A stretch of DNA of 64,000 nucleotides from an uncultured Candidatus Binatia bacterium (GTDB taxonomy: Bacteria > Desulfobacterota > Binatia > Bin18): assembly GCA_965200965.1 (NCBI GenBank), contig OZ241744.1:2176001-2240000 (forward strand), written 5' to 3'. The notes under the pieces were generated by a model that saw only the letters and a list, made by a program, of their open reading frames with translations, did no database searches and was not told where the DNA came from. How positions within the stretch are numbered: the first letter of the stretch is position 1; the number at the start of each line of letters is the position of its first letter. The translations under genes were made by a program, and so were the position numbers. This document shows positions 48,083 through 58,523 of this stretch, one piece after another.

Positions 48083-48859
48083 GTGGCCCTAGAGACCATA
48101 GAGCAGGACTTTCGCCAAAAAGTTTCCGCAAAGGTAGGTCTGGTAGCCGAAGGCGTGGACCGCTTCCGCGTCTTCACCCCCTTCCTGTTCGAGGATGGCG
48201 ACCACCTGTCTATCGTCCTGAAAAAGGAAGGGGCGCGGTGGGTGCTCTCCGATGAAGCGCACACATACATGCACCTCACCTACGACATTGAGGAGAAAGA
48301 CCTCCACAGCGGCACACGCCAGAAGATCATCTCCAACGCGCTGTCCACATTCCGGGTCGAGGATCGGGAGGGAGAGTTGACGCTCGCCGTACCAGATGCG
48401 CGGTACGGTGACGCGCTGTACTCCTTTGTCCAAGCCCTGCTCAAAATTGCTGACGTGTCATACCTGTCGCGGGAACGGACGCGGTCCACATTCATGGAGG
48501 ACTTTCGGACATTGTTGAGTGAGGCCGCCCCGGAAGAACGCCGAGACTTCGACTGGAGCGATCCTCAACATGACCCCCGGGGAAAGTACGCCGTGGACTG
48601 TCGGATCAATGGGATGCCCCGCCCGCTTTTCGTTCATGCCCTTGCCAATGACGACAGGACCCGCGATGCCACGATAGCGCTGCTCCAGTTCGAGAAATGG
48701 GAGATTCCGTTCCATTCCCTGGCTATCTTTGAGGATCAGGAGTGCATCAATAGAAAAGTGCTGGCCCGTTTCAGCGATGTTTGTGAGAAGCAGTTCTCCA
48801 GCCTCACCGCGAACCGCGAAAGGATCGCCCGCTTCCTGAGCGAGAGCATTGCGGGATGA
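48083..48859 (+). CDS. DUF1828-like protein
   Basis: [27 protein letters not shown]; C-terminal VDCRIN nuclease-like segment. Confidence 0.7.
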   Translation: MALETIEQDFRQKVSAKVGLVAEGVDRFRVFTPFLFEDGDHLSIVLKKEGARWVLSDEAHTYMHLTYDIEEKDLHSGTRQKIISNALSTFRVEDREGELTLAVPDARYGDALYSFVQALLKIADVSYLSRERTRSTFMEDFRTLLSEAAPEERRDFDWSDPQHDPRGKYAVDCRINGMPRPLFVHALANDDRTRDATIALLQFEKWEIPFHSLAIFEDQECINRKVLARFSDVCEKQFSSLTANRERIARFLSESIAG

Positions 48860-48922
48860 AAGCGGTGCAAAGCAGGGGGGACACACCTGCCCTCACCCAA
48901 ACCTGAGCCTGGAGGAGATGCT

Positions 48923-49366
48923 ATGAGCGCAGTCGGCCAGCCGGAGATCCACACCCGGCGGCGCGTGATTGCGTTCTTCCAAGAGGCGCTCGGCTACGCC
49001 TATCCTGGCAACTGGCGCGACCGGCCCGACAACCGCAACATTCAGCTTGGCAACCGGCTGCCGGCGCTCCTGGCCACATGGCAACACAAGGCCGGCGTGA
49101 GCGTTCATGACATGAGGATCAAAAAGATGAAGACCCGCTGGGGCTCCTGCAACGTCACGGCTCGGCGTATCTGGCTGAACCTGGAGCTGGCAAAAAAACC
49201 GCAGGCCTGCCTGGAATACATCCTGGTGCATGAGCTTATCCACCTGCTCGAGCCCGGCCACACCGCTCGCTTTCACGACCTGATGGACAGCCTCATGCCG
49301 CACTGGCGCTCATGCCGGGACACCCTCAACCGTGCCCCGCTCGCTCACGCGGACTGGCCCTACTAG
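48923..49366 (+). pseudogene. Deletion chimera: HsdR N-terminus fused to YgjP/M48-like metalloprotease C-terminus
   Basis: MSAVGQPE..RVIAFFQEALGYAYPGNW (HsdR-like) then MKTRWGSC..LNLEL..YILVHELIH (HExxH); ggagga RBS. Confidence 0.7.
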
Positions 49367-49446
49367 GCAGCGCAGCCTGCCCTACTAGCCCTCTTTGGCG
49401 GCCCTGCGCTATAAGGGCCCGGAATCACTGCCACAAGGAGGACCGC

Positions 49447-50658
49447 ATGGCGGGAGCATTAGACGGAATCAAAGTCCTGGAACTGACCCGGGTGGGGCCG
49501 GGAGCATTCTGCACCATGATGCTGGCCGACATGGGCGCTCAGGTGCTCAAAGTTGAGGCCCCGCCGTCGGGCAAACTGGCCGGCTCGGGCGCTTCGCCCA
49601 CGCCTGACCAGGCCAGGAAACTGGCCACCAATTTCACCAACCGGAACAAGAAGAGCGTCACCCTCAACCTGAAAGAAGCGGCGGGGCAGGCCATCCTGCA
49701 CAATCTGGCCACAGACTATGACGTGCTCGTCGAGGGCTTCCGGCCGGGGGTCATGCAACGCCTGGGCGGCGATTATGCCACCCTGAGCGAACTCAACCCG
49801 CGCCTCGTGTACTGCTCGCTCAGTGGCTTTGGCCAGGACGGCCCCTATCGGGACTATCCGGCCCACGACCTGAACTATCTCGCCCTCGCCGGTGTGCTGG
49901 GCCTGATCGGTCAGCCCGAAGGACCGCCGGCCATTCCGCTCAACATCATCGCCGACTACGCCGGTGCCTCCATGCACGGCGTGACAGGCATCATGTTTGC
50001 CCTGTTTGCGCGTGAGCGGACCGGCAAGGGCCAGCTCGTTGATGTGTCCTATCTCGACACCACTATCTCCCTGCTGGCGGCCACGCCCAATGTCCGTGAC
50101 TATTTTGCCGAGGGGACCCTGCCCGGCCGGGGCAAGGGCGTGTTTGGCGGCGGCTTTGCCTATTACAGTGTGTACAACACCAGGGATAACAAGCAGTTGA
50201 GCATCGGCTGTACCGAGCCGTGGCTGTGGCATAATCTGTGTGATGCGCTCGGCCGCCCGGACTGGAAAGACTGCGGCATGCAGGCCGGCGACTTCTCGCA
50301 GACCACGACCGACCGCCACCAGCAGGTGCGCCGGGAACTCCAGGCCGTGCTGATGACCAAAACCCGCGACGAGTGGTATGAACTCCTGACCAGGGCCGAT
50401 GTGTGTGTCGGCAAGGTCTACGATGTGCCCGAGGTCTTTGACGACCCCCAGGTCCGCCACCGGCAGATGGCGGTCGAGCTCGACCATCCCCAGGCCGGCA
50501 AGGTCGTCCAGGCCGGGGTAGCGGTCAAACTGTCCGATACCCCGGGCGCTATCCACTCCTTTGCCCCGTCAATCGGCCAGCACACCCAAGAGGTCCTGGG
50601 CAGCCTCGGCTACAGCGCGGCTCAAATCGCCGAACTGCGCGACAAACGAGTGGTGTAA
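49447..50658 (+). CDS. CaiB/BaiF family CoA-transferase
   Basis: LADMGAQVLKVE, NRNKKS, EGFRPG, SGFGQDGP, HDLNY. Confidence 0.95.
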   Translation: MAGALDGIKVLELTRVGPGAFCTMMLADMGAQVLKVEAPPSGKLAGSGASPTPDQARKLATNFTNRNKKSVTLNLKEAAGQAILHNLATDYDVLVEGFRPGVMQRLGGDYATLSELNPRLVYCSLSGFGQDGPYRDYPAHDLNYLALAGVLGLIGQPEGPPAIPLNIIADYAGASMHGVTGIMFALFARERTGKGQLVDVSYLDTTISLLAATPNVRDYFAEGTLPGRGKGVFGGGFAYYSVYNTRDNKQLSIGCTEPWLWHNLCDALGRPDWKDCGMQAGDFSQTTTDRHQQVRRELQAVLMTKTRDEWYELLTRADVCVGKVYDVPEVFDDPQVRHRQMAVELDHPQAGKVVQAGVAVKLSDTPGAIHSFAPSIGQHTQEVLGSLGYSAAQIAELRDKRVV

Positions 50659-50673
50659 GCGGGACACAGAGGG

Positions 50674-52044
50674 ATGCGTCTCCGCTTCGACCTTGGCACT
50701 GTCGTGGTGGACAAGCCGCCCCCGGACTTCCACGCCCCGGCCTGCTTGCGCTGGGACGGCCGGGTCGATCGCTGGCGGGCGCAGGCGCATCACTACCGCC
50801 GGTTGCTCGCCCACTTCACACAGGCCGGTCTTGCCTGTCGGGACACGGCCCCGGCCTATCCAACCCTCAAGCTGGTCAGCCGCCTTGAACACCGCCCCCA
50901 CCCGTTTCAGACCGAAGCCCTGGCCGCCTGGCAGCAGGTCGGCCGGCGGGGGGTGATTGTCCTGCCGACCGGTGCCGGCAAGAGCTATGTCGGTCAGATG
51001 GCCATTGCCAGCGTGCAGCGCGGGACCCTGGTAGTTGCCCCCACGATCGACCTCATGAACCAGTGGTATGAGCTGCTGTGCGCGGCGTTTGGCGAGCCGG
51101 TCGGGATACTCGGCGGCGGCTACTACGAACTCCAGTCCCTGACCGTCACCACCTATGACAGTGCCTACAGCCATATGGACCGGCTCGGCAACCGCTGGGG
51201 GCTGGTAATTTTTGACGAATGCCACCACCTGCCGGGCGAGATGTACAGCCATGCCGCCCAGATGTGTCTGGCCCCGTATCGGCTGGGGCTGACCGCCACC
51301 CCAGAGCGGACCGACGGCCGCCACGTCCTGCTCGACGATCTCATCGGTCCCCAGGTCTACGCCAAGAGCATCACAGAGCTGTCCGGGGAGTATCTGGCCG
51401 ACTATGTAACCGAGCGGGTCACGGTGCACCTCACGCCCGAAGAAGAAGCCGAGTACCGTCAGGCCAGGGGCAGGTTCTACAATTTCATTGTTGACCACGG
51501 CATTGTCCTGGACGGGCTGGCCGGCTGGCACCGGTTCATCCGCGAGAGCGCCCGCAGCCGCCAGGGCCGCCAGGCACTGCTGGCCCATCAACGCTCAAAA
51601 AAACTGGCTCTCGGCACATCGGCCAAGCTCCGCACCCTGGACTTTTTGCTCAAAAAGCACGACCAGGAACGGACGCTCATTTTCACCAGCGATAATGACA
51701 CGGTGTACGCCATCTCGGCCGCGTTTCTGATTCCGGCCATTACCCACCAGACCCCGACCAAAGAACGCAAAGCCATTCTGGAGGGCTTCAACCGGGGCGA
51801 GTATCTGGCCCTGGCTACCTCAAAAGTCCTCAACGAGGGCGTGAACATCCCGGAAGCGAGTGTGGCGGTGATTCTGTCCGGGTCCGGCTCAACCCGGGAG
51901 CATGTCCAACGGCTGGGCCGGATCTTGCGCAAACGGGAGGGCAAGCAGGCGGTGCTGTACGAGGTGATTACCGCCGACACGGTCGAAGAGGGCATCAGTC
52001 GCCGCCGGCGGCAACATGCGGCCTATCAGCTTGAGGACGGCTGA
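50674..52044 (+). CDS. SF2 helicase, XPB/Rad25-like
   Basis: LPTGAGKS, DECHH, LTAT, NEGVNIP, QRLGRILR. Confidence 0.9.
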   Translation: MRLRFDLGTVVVDKPPPDFHAPACLRWDGRVDRWRAQAHHYRRLLAHFTQAGLACRDTAPAYPTLKLVSRLEHRPHPFQTEALAAWQQVGRRGVIVLPTGAGKSYVGQMAIASVQRGTLVVAPTIDLMNQWYELLCAAFGEPVGILGGGYYELQSLTVTTYDSAYSHMDRLGNRWGLVIFDECHHLPGEMYSHAAQMCLAPYRLGLTATPERTDGRHVLLDDLIGPQVYAKSITELSGEYLADYVTERVTVHLTPEEEAEYRQARGRFYNFIVDHGIVLDGLAGWHRFIRESARSRQGRQALLAHQRSKKLALGTSAKLRTLDFLLKKHDQERTLIFTSDNDTVYAISAAFLIPAITHQTPTKERKAILEGFNRGEYLALATSKVLNEGVNIPEASVAVILSGSGSTREHVQRLGRILRKREGKQAVLYEVITADTVEEGISRRRRQHAAYQLEDG

Positions 52045-52078
52045 ACGGCTGCCGGTCGCCGATGGCAGACAGGGCTTC

Positions 52079-53173
52079 TCAGGAGAAGGTAATGACGCTG
52101 CGTGCCACCGTGCCCTGCTTGAGCAGATCGTAGGCGTGATTGACCTGTTCGAGCGGCAGCGTTTTGGAGACCAGCTCGTCAATTTTGAGCCGGCCGTCCA
52201 TGTACATGTCGATCAGGCGGGGCATGTCAACGCGTGGTCGGGTCGAGCCATAGTACGAGCCCTGGAGTTTCTTCTCCATCATCATAAACACGTTGGGGTT
52301 CAGCGAAAGACGGGAGCCGTCTGGCGAGACGCCGACAATTGTGCAGCAGCCGCCCCGGGCGGTCATCTTGAAGGCCAGCTCAATCGTCTTGGGCGTACTG
52401 ATGACCTCAAAGCCGTAATCAACCCCACGTCCCCCGGTCAGCTCCAGCACGGCCGCTAAGGCGTCGTCCTGAGACGGGTTCACGCAGTGGCTTGCGCCAA
52501 AGGTCCGGGCAAATTCGAGCTTGTTGTCAAGCAGGTCAAGCGCGATGATCTGGCGTGCCCCGGCAATGGCCGCACCCTGGATCACATTCAGGCCAACCCC
52601 GCCACAGCCAATAACGGCGACTGTGCTGCCCGGCTGCACCCCGGCGGTATTAATCGCCGCCCCGACCCCGGTCATGGTGCCGCAGCCAACAAAACAGGCC
52701 CGGTCCAGGGGCGCATCGTCGCGGATTTTAATCGCGCAACTCTCATGCACGACCGTCTCTTCGGCAAACGACGCGGTAAAGGCAAAATGATGAATAGCCG
52801 CCCCGTTTTTATGTAAGCGGGTCGTGCCGTCAAGCAGCACACCGGCGGTCGTGGGGCGAGTTTCGCACAGGTGCGGGCTGCCCTCGGTACAGTACAGGCA
52901 GGTGCCGCACACCGGGTTGAACGACAGCACCACATGGTCGCCCTCTTTGACCGATGTCACCCCGGCCCCGACTTCTTCAACCACCCCGGCCCCCTCATGG
53001 CCGAGGACCATCGGCAGGGGTTGGCGCATATCGCCAGTCATTACATGCAGGTCACTGTGGCAGGCTCCATTGGCGGCCACGCGGACCTTGACCTCTCCGG
53101 CCTGTGGCCGATCGAGCTGGACATCTTCAACAACCAGGGGCCTGCCAGGCTCGTACAAAACGGCAGCTTTCAT
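52079..53173 (-). CDS. Zn-dependent alcohol dehydrogenase
   Basis: CHSD, GHEGAG, CxxCxxC..C, GCGGVG. Confidence 0.95.
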   Translation of the reverse strand: MKAAVLYEPGRPLVVEDVQLDRPQAGEVKVRVAANGACHSDLHVMTGDMRQPLPMVLGHEGAGVVEEVGAGVTSVKEGDHVVLSFNPVCGTCLYCTEGSPHLCETRPTTAGVLLDGTTRLHKNGAAIHHFAFTASFAEETVVHESCAIKIRDDAPLDRACFVGCGTMTGVGAAINTAGVQPGSTVAVIGCGGVGLNVIQGAAIAGARQIIALDLLDNKLEFARTFGASHCVNPSQDDALAAVLELTGGRGVDYGFEVISTPKTIELAFKMTARGGCCTIVGVSPDGSRLSLNPNVFMMMEKKLQGSYYGSTRPRVDMPRLIDMYMDGRLKIDELVSKTLPLEQVNHAYDLLKQGTVARSVITFS

Positions 53174-53314
53174 AGTCTGTGCCCTCCTTTCGCACTCGCA
53201 ATAGTACGCCAATTGAGCGGCTCCGGCCAGCCGTGGGCTTGGGTGCGGGAGTTGCCAAAGCTCTCCCCGTCAGGCAAAAAGGAGCCTATCTCGTCTGACA
53301 CAAGGAGGAAGGCT

Positions 53315-53602
53315 ATGGTCACCCTGACCGCCAAACTGAAGATCAAAGAGGGGAAAGAGGGAGAGTTTGAGGCCACGATGCGGGACAAGGTGGTTGCCGA
53401 GGTACGCAAAGAACCCGGCAACCACGCCTATACATTCTGCAAATCCAGGAAAGATCCGCGGGTCTTTCTGTTCTACGAAGAGTACACGGATGACGCCGCC
53501 TTTGAGGCCCACCGCAAACATCTGGGCGAACTGGGGGTGAATCTGGCTGCCCTGCTTGACGGCGCGCCAGAGCTGGAGTTCTACGAAAAAATCGCCGAAT
53601 AG
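53315..53602 (+). CDS. ABM-family (quinol monooxygenase-like) protein
   Basis: EPGNHAY, FYEEY...AFEAH; aaggagg RBS. Confidence 0.85.
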   Translation: MVTLTAKLKIKEGKEGEFEATMRDKVVAEVRKEPGNHAYTFCKSRKDPRVFLFYEEYTDDAAFEAHRKHLGELGVNLAALLDGAPELEFYEKIAE

Positions 53603-53660
53603 AACGGGCGGCTGGTCAAGCCACAGACGCCCCGCCGGGGCGTCTGAGCGGGTGTACGCC

Positions 53661-54122
53661 ATGACCATGATCCAGGTCCCTGAAGACCTCATGCACAAAG
53701 AGATTACGCTCGGCACCTTTGCGGTGACGGCAGACGACATCCGGGGCTTTGCCGAGGCCGTGGACGATCTCAACCCGCTCTATCTTGACCCCCAGGCCGC
53801 CCGCCAGGCCGGCTACCCGAACGTCATCGCTCCTCCGACCTACTGTATGCATCTGCGGGCGAGCAGAATTGTCCCGGACATTCCGCTCGCCCCTGGCCTG
53901 GCCAGCCTGTACGCCGGCCAGGAGTTCGAGTTTCACGACGAAATCCATGCCGGCCGGACGTATACGCTCACGGCCCGGCTGGCCGATGTGTACGAGAAGA
54001 CCGGCCGCAGCGGCCGGCTCGGCGTCATTGTCCGCGAAATGCTGGTCAAAGATGAGGCTGGCGGCACAGTGATGCTCCTGCGCGAACGCCAGATGGTCCG
54101 CTCGCCGCACAAGAAGATATGA
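53661..54122 (+). CDS. MaoC-like dehydratase N-terminal subunit
   Basis: IRGFAEAVDDLNPLY, APPT, EKTGRSG. Confidence 0.85.
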   Translation: MTMIQVPEDLMHKEITLGTFAVTADDIRGFAEAVDDLNPLYLDPQAARQAGYPNVIAPPTYCMHLRASRIVPDIPLAPGLASLYAGQEFEFHDEIHAGRTYTLTARLADVYEKTGRSGRLGVIVREMLVKDEAGGTVMLLRERQMVRSPHKKI

Positions 54123-54547
54123 ACACCCCCCTGCCCTTTGATGCGGTTGAATTTGGCGATGAGATCGGCCCCGTCAGCTGGGTTCCGACACGCGATATTG
54201 TCCGCCGCTACGCGGCCGCGGCGGGGGTGACAGACCGGCGTTTCATTGACCCCGAACGGGCGCGCCAGGTCGGCTTTGCCAGGCCGATCGTGCCGGGTCC
54301 GCTGAGCGCCTCCTTTTTGGCCAAAGTCCTGAAAAATCATTTTGTTGGCTGGCGTCTCACCATGCTGAACACCAGCTTTCGGACGCCGGTCGCACACGGC
54401 GACCGGCTGAACTGCTGGGGCATGGTGACGGAGAAAAAACTGGAGAACGGCGTTGGCTGCGTTGACTGTGACGTGGTGATGGAAAACCAGAACGGCGACC
54501 GGGTGATCGTTGGCACGGCTGTGCTGCGCTGCCAGGTCCAGACCTAA
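54119..54547 (+). CDS. MaoC family dehydratase
   Basis: FDAVEFGD, GFARPIVPG, ENQNG; ATGA overlap. Confidence 0.85.
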   Translation: MNTPLPFDAVEFGDEIGPVSWVPTRDIVRRYAAAAGVTDRRFIDPERARQVGFARPIVPGPLSASFLAKVLKNHFVGWRLTMLNTSFRTPVAHGDRLNCWGMVTEKKLENGVGCVDCDVVMENQNGDRVIVGTAVLRCQVQT

Positions 54548-54590
54548 TCCTGCCCCGCCCGAGTGCGTCCGGGCGAGCGGAGAAAAAGGG

Positions 54591-55562
54591 ATGCGTATTG
54601 CCTTAGACCCGTGGGGCAGCGATTATGCGAGCCAGGTTTCGGTTCCGCACGAGGCCGACGGGGCAGAAACCACCGTCCAGGCCCTGGAGGAGCCGGTCGA
54701 AGCCGGCCGCTGGGAAGCCCAGCGGCCCCAGCCGGCCGGCCGGCCGGCCATGACCGCGGTGGTGGACGGGGTCATGCGAACCGACGCCCGGTCTGTGGTC
54801 AGCCAGGGCGAGCGCCAGTTTCCGGGCCTGTTCTGTTCGCTGGCCGGTGGGGCGGTGGTGGTGGACCGCCATGTCACTCTTGCCGATCTGGTGGTCAAAC
54901 GCCTGTTCATTACCGGCAGCGGCCAGTCCGGGCCGGACCCCTTTCCCGTCCCGGCCGGCAGCGGCCCGGCCCTCCGCTACGCCAACCTCAGCTCGCCGGC
55001 CACCGCCCCGGACAAGCTCAGCGAGGCACTGATGACCGAAATGCGCCAGACCGAATCGGCCATTGCCGAGCGGCTGTCCGGCCCGGACAGCCTGATCCTG
55101 GCCGACGGCAATCTGACCTATATCGGTGGCAGCTCATCGGTCGTCGGGGTCATCAAGACGATCCACCGCATGTATCTGTCGGGCCAGCGCCTCGGGGTCC
55201 TGGAGCGACTCCAGCCGGGCGAGCGCACGCCCCTGTTCCGCATTCAGGGCGGCGCAAGACGGGAGAGCTATGACGTGTTCTCGTGCTATCTGCGCCTGAC
55301 CCGGCCGCGGCGGATTGAGCATGCCTTTGCCGGCCTCGTGCGGCTCGAAGTCAAGGCCTCGCTCGGCCCGCACAAGGCGGTCGAGTTGCTCAATCAGGCC
55401 AGCCTCACAGTCTTCAGCCTGGCTTCGCGCGCGCCCAAAGACCCCCGCGCGCCGCAAAACCTGCTGCCGGTCGGCGGCTTAGAGCGACAGTTGCGCCGCC
55501 GGCTCGGCGACCCGCAGCTCGTCCGCCGGGGGATTGAAAAAGCCCTGCTGCGCGGCCTGTAG
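54591..55562 (+). CDS. nurA: NurA-like nuclease
   Basis: VDGVMR, LADGNL, GVIKT, DPRAPQNL.P...LE..LR; upstream of herA. Confidence 0.8.
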   Translation: MRIALDPWGSDYASQVSVPHEADGAETTVQALEEPVEAGRWEAQRPQPAGRPAMTAVVDGVMRTDARSVVSQGERQFPGLFCSLAGGAVVVDRHVTLADLVVKRLFITGSGQSGPDPFPVPAGSGPALRYANLSSPATAPDKLSEALMTEMRQTESAIAERLSGPDSLILADGNLTYIGGSSSVVGVIKTIHRMYLSGQRLGVLERLQPGERTPLFRIQGGARRESYDVFSCYLRLTRPRRIEHAFAGLVRLEVKASLGPHKAVELLNQASLTVFSLASRAPKDPRAPQNLLPVGGLERQLRRRLGDPQLVRRGIEKALLRGL

Positions 55563-55578
55563 TGGGGAAGGAGAAGAC

Positions 55579-57351
55579 ATGGGCAGGGTGATCGGGACCC
55601 AGGACGCCACCCCGCTGGAGTTCTGGGTGTTGCTCAACGAGAAGGAGGCCGTTCAGGTTGACGAGGCGGTGGTGGTCGAAACCGACTCGCCACAGGGGCC
55701 GCTCAAGCTGTTCGGCATGGTTGATATGATCCGCTCCCGGCATCAGGGCTCGACGTTTGACTCGGACGTGATTGAGGCCGAGCAGGGCCTTCCGGTCGAG
55801 CTGTCGGTTGCCGCCCATGTCAAAGTCACCCGCCTGGACCCCGAGTATTACTACCCGCCGCTGCCGGGCAATACGGTCCGGGTGGTCAGTGGCGAAGAGT
55901 ACGCCAAGGCGCTGTTCATGGACAAGATGGAGCGCCGGTTTCCCATCGGGCTGTCTCTCTCCGGGCACGAGGTGGTGTACGGCAATCTGGACTTTCTGAA
56001 CGGGCGCAAGGGTGCCCACATGAATATCAGCGGCGTGTCGGGCATTGCGACCAAAACAACCTATGCGACGTTTCTGCTCCACAGTTTGTTGCACTGCGGG
56101 CAGGTGAGCGACGCAGCGCTGGATCGTGCTGACGGTGGACCGGCAGGACAAGACGACGCAGCGCTCAACAACACCCACGCGATTATCTTCAACGTCAAGG
56201 GCGAGGACTTGCTCTTCCTCGATAAACCCAGCAACGCCATCGGTGTTGAAGACGAAGCCGAGTACAAGCGGATGGGCCTGCCGGCCGAGCCGTTTGATTC
56301 GGTCCAGTTCTATGTGCCGCCGACAGAGCAGGCGCGTGGCCCGATCAGGCCCCGGGTCGGCTCACGGCGGGCCGATGAGGTCACGCCCTACTTCTGGACT
56401 GTGCGCAGCTTCTGTCGTGAGCGTTTGCTGCGCTATCTGTTTACCGACAGCGGAGACGAAGCCTCGCTGCTATCCACCCTGATCTATCAGGTTGAACGCC
56501 GCCTGAGTGAGGCGGCCGAGGAAGCCGACAAGCACGCGCCGGGGTCAGGTGTTGTTCTGCCGATCAGCAAGGCCGAAAAAAAAGGCAGCCGGCAGGACGG
56601 CGAAGAAGACGCCGGAGCGGCCGCAGAGGAGCACGAGATCCGGGACTTTCCGACCCTGCTGCGCGCTATGGAAGCCATCGCCGCCACCACCACCCACTCG
56701 CAGGGCACGATCGGGGCTTTCATGCGCCGGCTGTACGGTGCCGAGGACAAGGTGGCCTGTATTATTCGTGATCCGGTTGACAGCGATCCAAACAGCCACA
56801 CCATTGACTGGCGCAAGAGGCAGGTGACGGTTGTCAGCCTGACCGGGCTGTATGAAATTGGCAAGAGCTTTGTGGTCGGCTCGGTCCTGCAACAGATTCA
56901 ACACGAAAAAGAAGCCACCGCCTCAGCCGAGCCGCTGTGTTTCATCGTGGTTGATGAGCTCAACCGCTATGCCCCGCGCGACGGCTGGTCGCCGATCCGC
57001 GATCGTCTGCTGGAAATTGCCGAGCGAGGCCGCTCGAGCGGCACGATCCTGATTGGCGCGCAGCAAACCGCGTCTGAGGTGGAGCGCCGGATTGTGGCCA
57101 ACCCGGCCTTTCGGATTGTCGGGCGCCTGGACGCAGCCGAGGCCGAACGCGCCGAGTACGGCTTTCTGCCCCCCACGCTCCGCCAGCGGGCGGCAATTCT
57201 GACCTCAGGCCGGATGATCGTCTCGCAGCCGGATATTCCAACGCCTGTCCCGGTCCGCTTTCCCCGGCCGGCCTGGGCAACCCGCACCGAGGAACAGAAG
57301 CTGCCCAAGCCGAACCTGAAACTGGCCCGGGTCCGGGAAAGCGAGTATTGA
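55579..57351 (+). CDS. herA: HerA-family ATPase
   Basis: HAS barrel, HMNISGVSGIATKTT, FNVKGEDL, VDELNRYAP, RGRS, QQ. Confidence 0.88.
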   Translation: MGRVIGTQDATPLEFWVLLNEKEAVQVDEAVVVETDSPQGPLKLFGMVDMIRSRHQGSTFDSDVIEAEQGLPVELSVAAHVKVTRLDPEYYYPPLPGNTVRVVSGEEYAKALFMDKMERRFPIGLSLSGHEVVYGNLDFLNGRKGAHMNISGVSGIATKTTYATFLLHSLLHCGQVSDAALDRADGGPAGQDDAALNNTHAIIFNVKGEDLLFLDKPSNAIGVEDEAEYKRMGLPAEPFDSVQFYVPPTEQARGPIRPRVGSRRADEVTPYFWTVRSFCRERLLRYLFTDSGDEASLLSTLIYQVERRLSEAAEEADKHAPGSGVVLPISKAEKKGSRQDGEEDAGAAAEEHEIRDFPTLLRAMEAIAATTTHSQGTIGAFMRRLYGAEDKVACIIRDPVDSDPNSHTIDWRKRQVTVVSLTGLYEIGKSFVVGSVLQQIQHEKEATASAEPLCFIVVDELNRYAPRDGWSPIRDRLLEIAERGRSSGTILIGAQQTASEVERRIVANPAFRIVGRLDAAEAERAEYGFLPPTLRQRAAILTSGRMIVSQPDIPTPVPVRFPRPAWATRTEEQKLPKPNLKLARVRESEY

Positions 57352-58520
57352 TGAGATTCCTCCATACCTCAGACTGGCATGTTGGCCGGACCATCCGTAA
57401 CCGCTCCCGGATGGATGAACACCGGGCGGTGTTTGCCGAACTGCTCGATATTGCCAGGCGTGAACAGGTTGATGCCGTTCTGGTCACCGGCGACATCTTC
57501 CACGAACGGCGCCCGCCGCTGGCCGCCGAGGAACTGGTGGCCCACACCCTGGCCCAACTCGCCCGCGCCAATATCGTCTCGGTCGTCATTCCCGGCAATC
57601 ACGACGATGCCGCCCGCCTGCGCACCCTGAAACCTCTGGGCGAGTTGCTCCAGGTGCATATGATGACAGACCTGAGCGAGGAGCCGTCGGCTCTCATTGT
57701 GCCCATCGCCCAGCGAACCGGCGGGGAGAAGGCGCTGGTCGGGTGTTTGCCCTACCTGCATCCACACCACGTTCTCACCAGCGCGGAAGGAACCGCCAAA
57801 AGTGAGAGCGAGCGCCTGAGCGCCTATCAGAGCAAGGTCCAGGACTATCTGCGCGCCGTGAAAGAAGAGATGCTGCGGATAGACCGCGCCGCGGTGTCTC
57901 TCGTGCTGGCCCATGCGCATATCTCAGGTGCCGAGTTTGGCGGCGGGGAATGGCGCTCGAGCGTCTTCCCCATTGATCCCGGGATTTTACCCGGCGGGGT
58001 CCATTATGTGGCCCTCGGCCACATGCACCAGCCGCAAAACGTGGCGGGGACGGCTGCGCAGACGCGCTATGCCGGCTCTGTCCTGCAAATGGACTTTGGC
58101 GAGCGCGGCCAACAAAAAAGTGTGTATCTGATTGAGGCGCATCCGGGCAAACCCGCCGAAGTCAAGCCGATTGCGCTGACACAGGGCAAGGCGCTGCTGC
58201 GCCGGACGGGAACAGCCGAAGCCATCCTGTCGCAGGCCGAAGACTTCACCAGCGCCTGGGTTGAGATCGTCCTGAAGCCGGAAGGTCAGACATCCGAGCG
58301 GATTGAACGCCTCCGGGAACTGCCCGGCGTGGTGTCGCTCCGGTTTGAAGACACGTCATCAAAAGACACCGGCAGCGAAGCGCTCCGCAGCCAGCGACCG
58401 CCGGCAGAACTGTTCACCGACTATTACCAAGCCAGACGCAAGGCCGCCCCCGAGCCGCAGCTCGTAGCCCTGTTTGAACGCCTGTATCGGGAGGCCAGCA
58501 CCGCCAGCGACGAGCCGTAA
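57348..58520 (+). CDS. sbcD: SbcD/Mre11 nuclease
   Basis: HTSDWH, GDIF, GNHD, ALGHMH, YAGS. Confidence 0.93.
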   Translation: MMRFLHTSDWHVGRTIRNRSRMDEHRAVFAELLDIARREQVDAVLVTGDIFHERRPPLAAEELVAHTLAQLARANIVSVVIPGNHDDAARLRTLKPLGELLQVHMMTDLSEEPSALIVPIAQRTGGEKALVGCLPYLHPHHVLTSAEGTAKSESERLSAYQSKVQDYLRAVKEEMLRIDRAAVSLVLAHAHISGAEFGGGEWRSSVFPIDPGILPGGVHYVALGHMHQPQNVAGTAAQTRYAGSVLQMDFGERGQQKSVYLIEAHPGKPAEVKPIALTQGKALLRRTGTAEAILSQAEDFTSAWVEIVLKPEGQTSERIERLRELPGVVSLRFEDTSSKDTGSEALRSQRPPAELFTDYYQARRKAAPEPQLVALFERLYREASTASDEP

Positions 58521-58523
58521 TCC

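Noticed and set aside
39380-49450. tRNA-Asn-anchored integrative element carrying CRISPR-Cas
   Set aside because: I found no duplicated tRNA 3' end and no integrase in the window.
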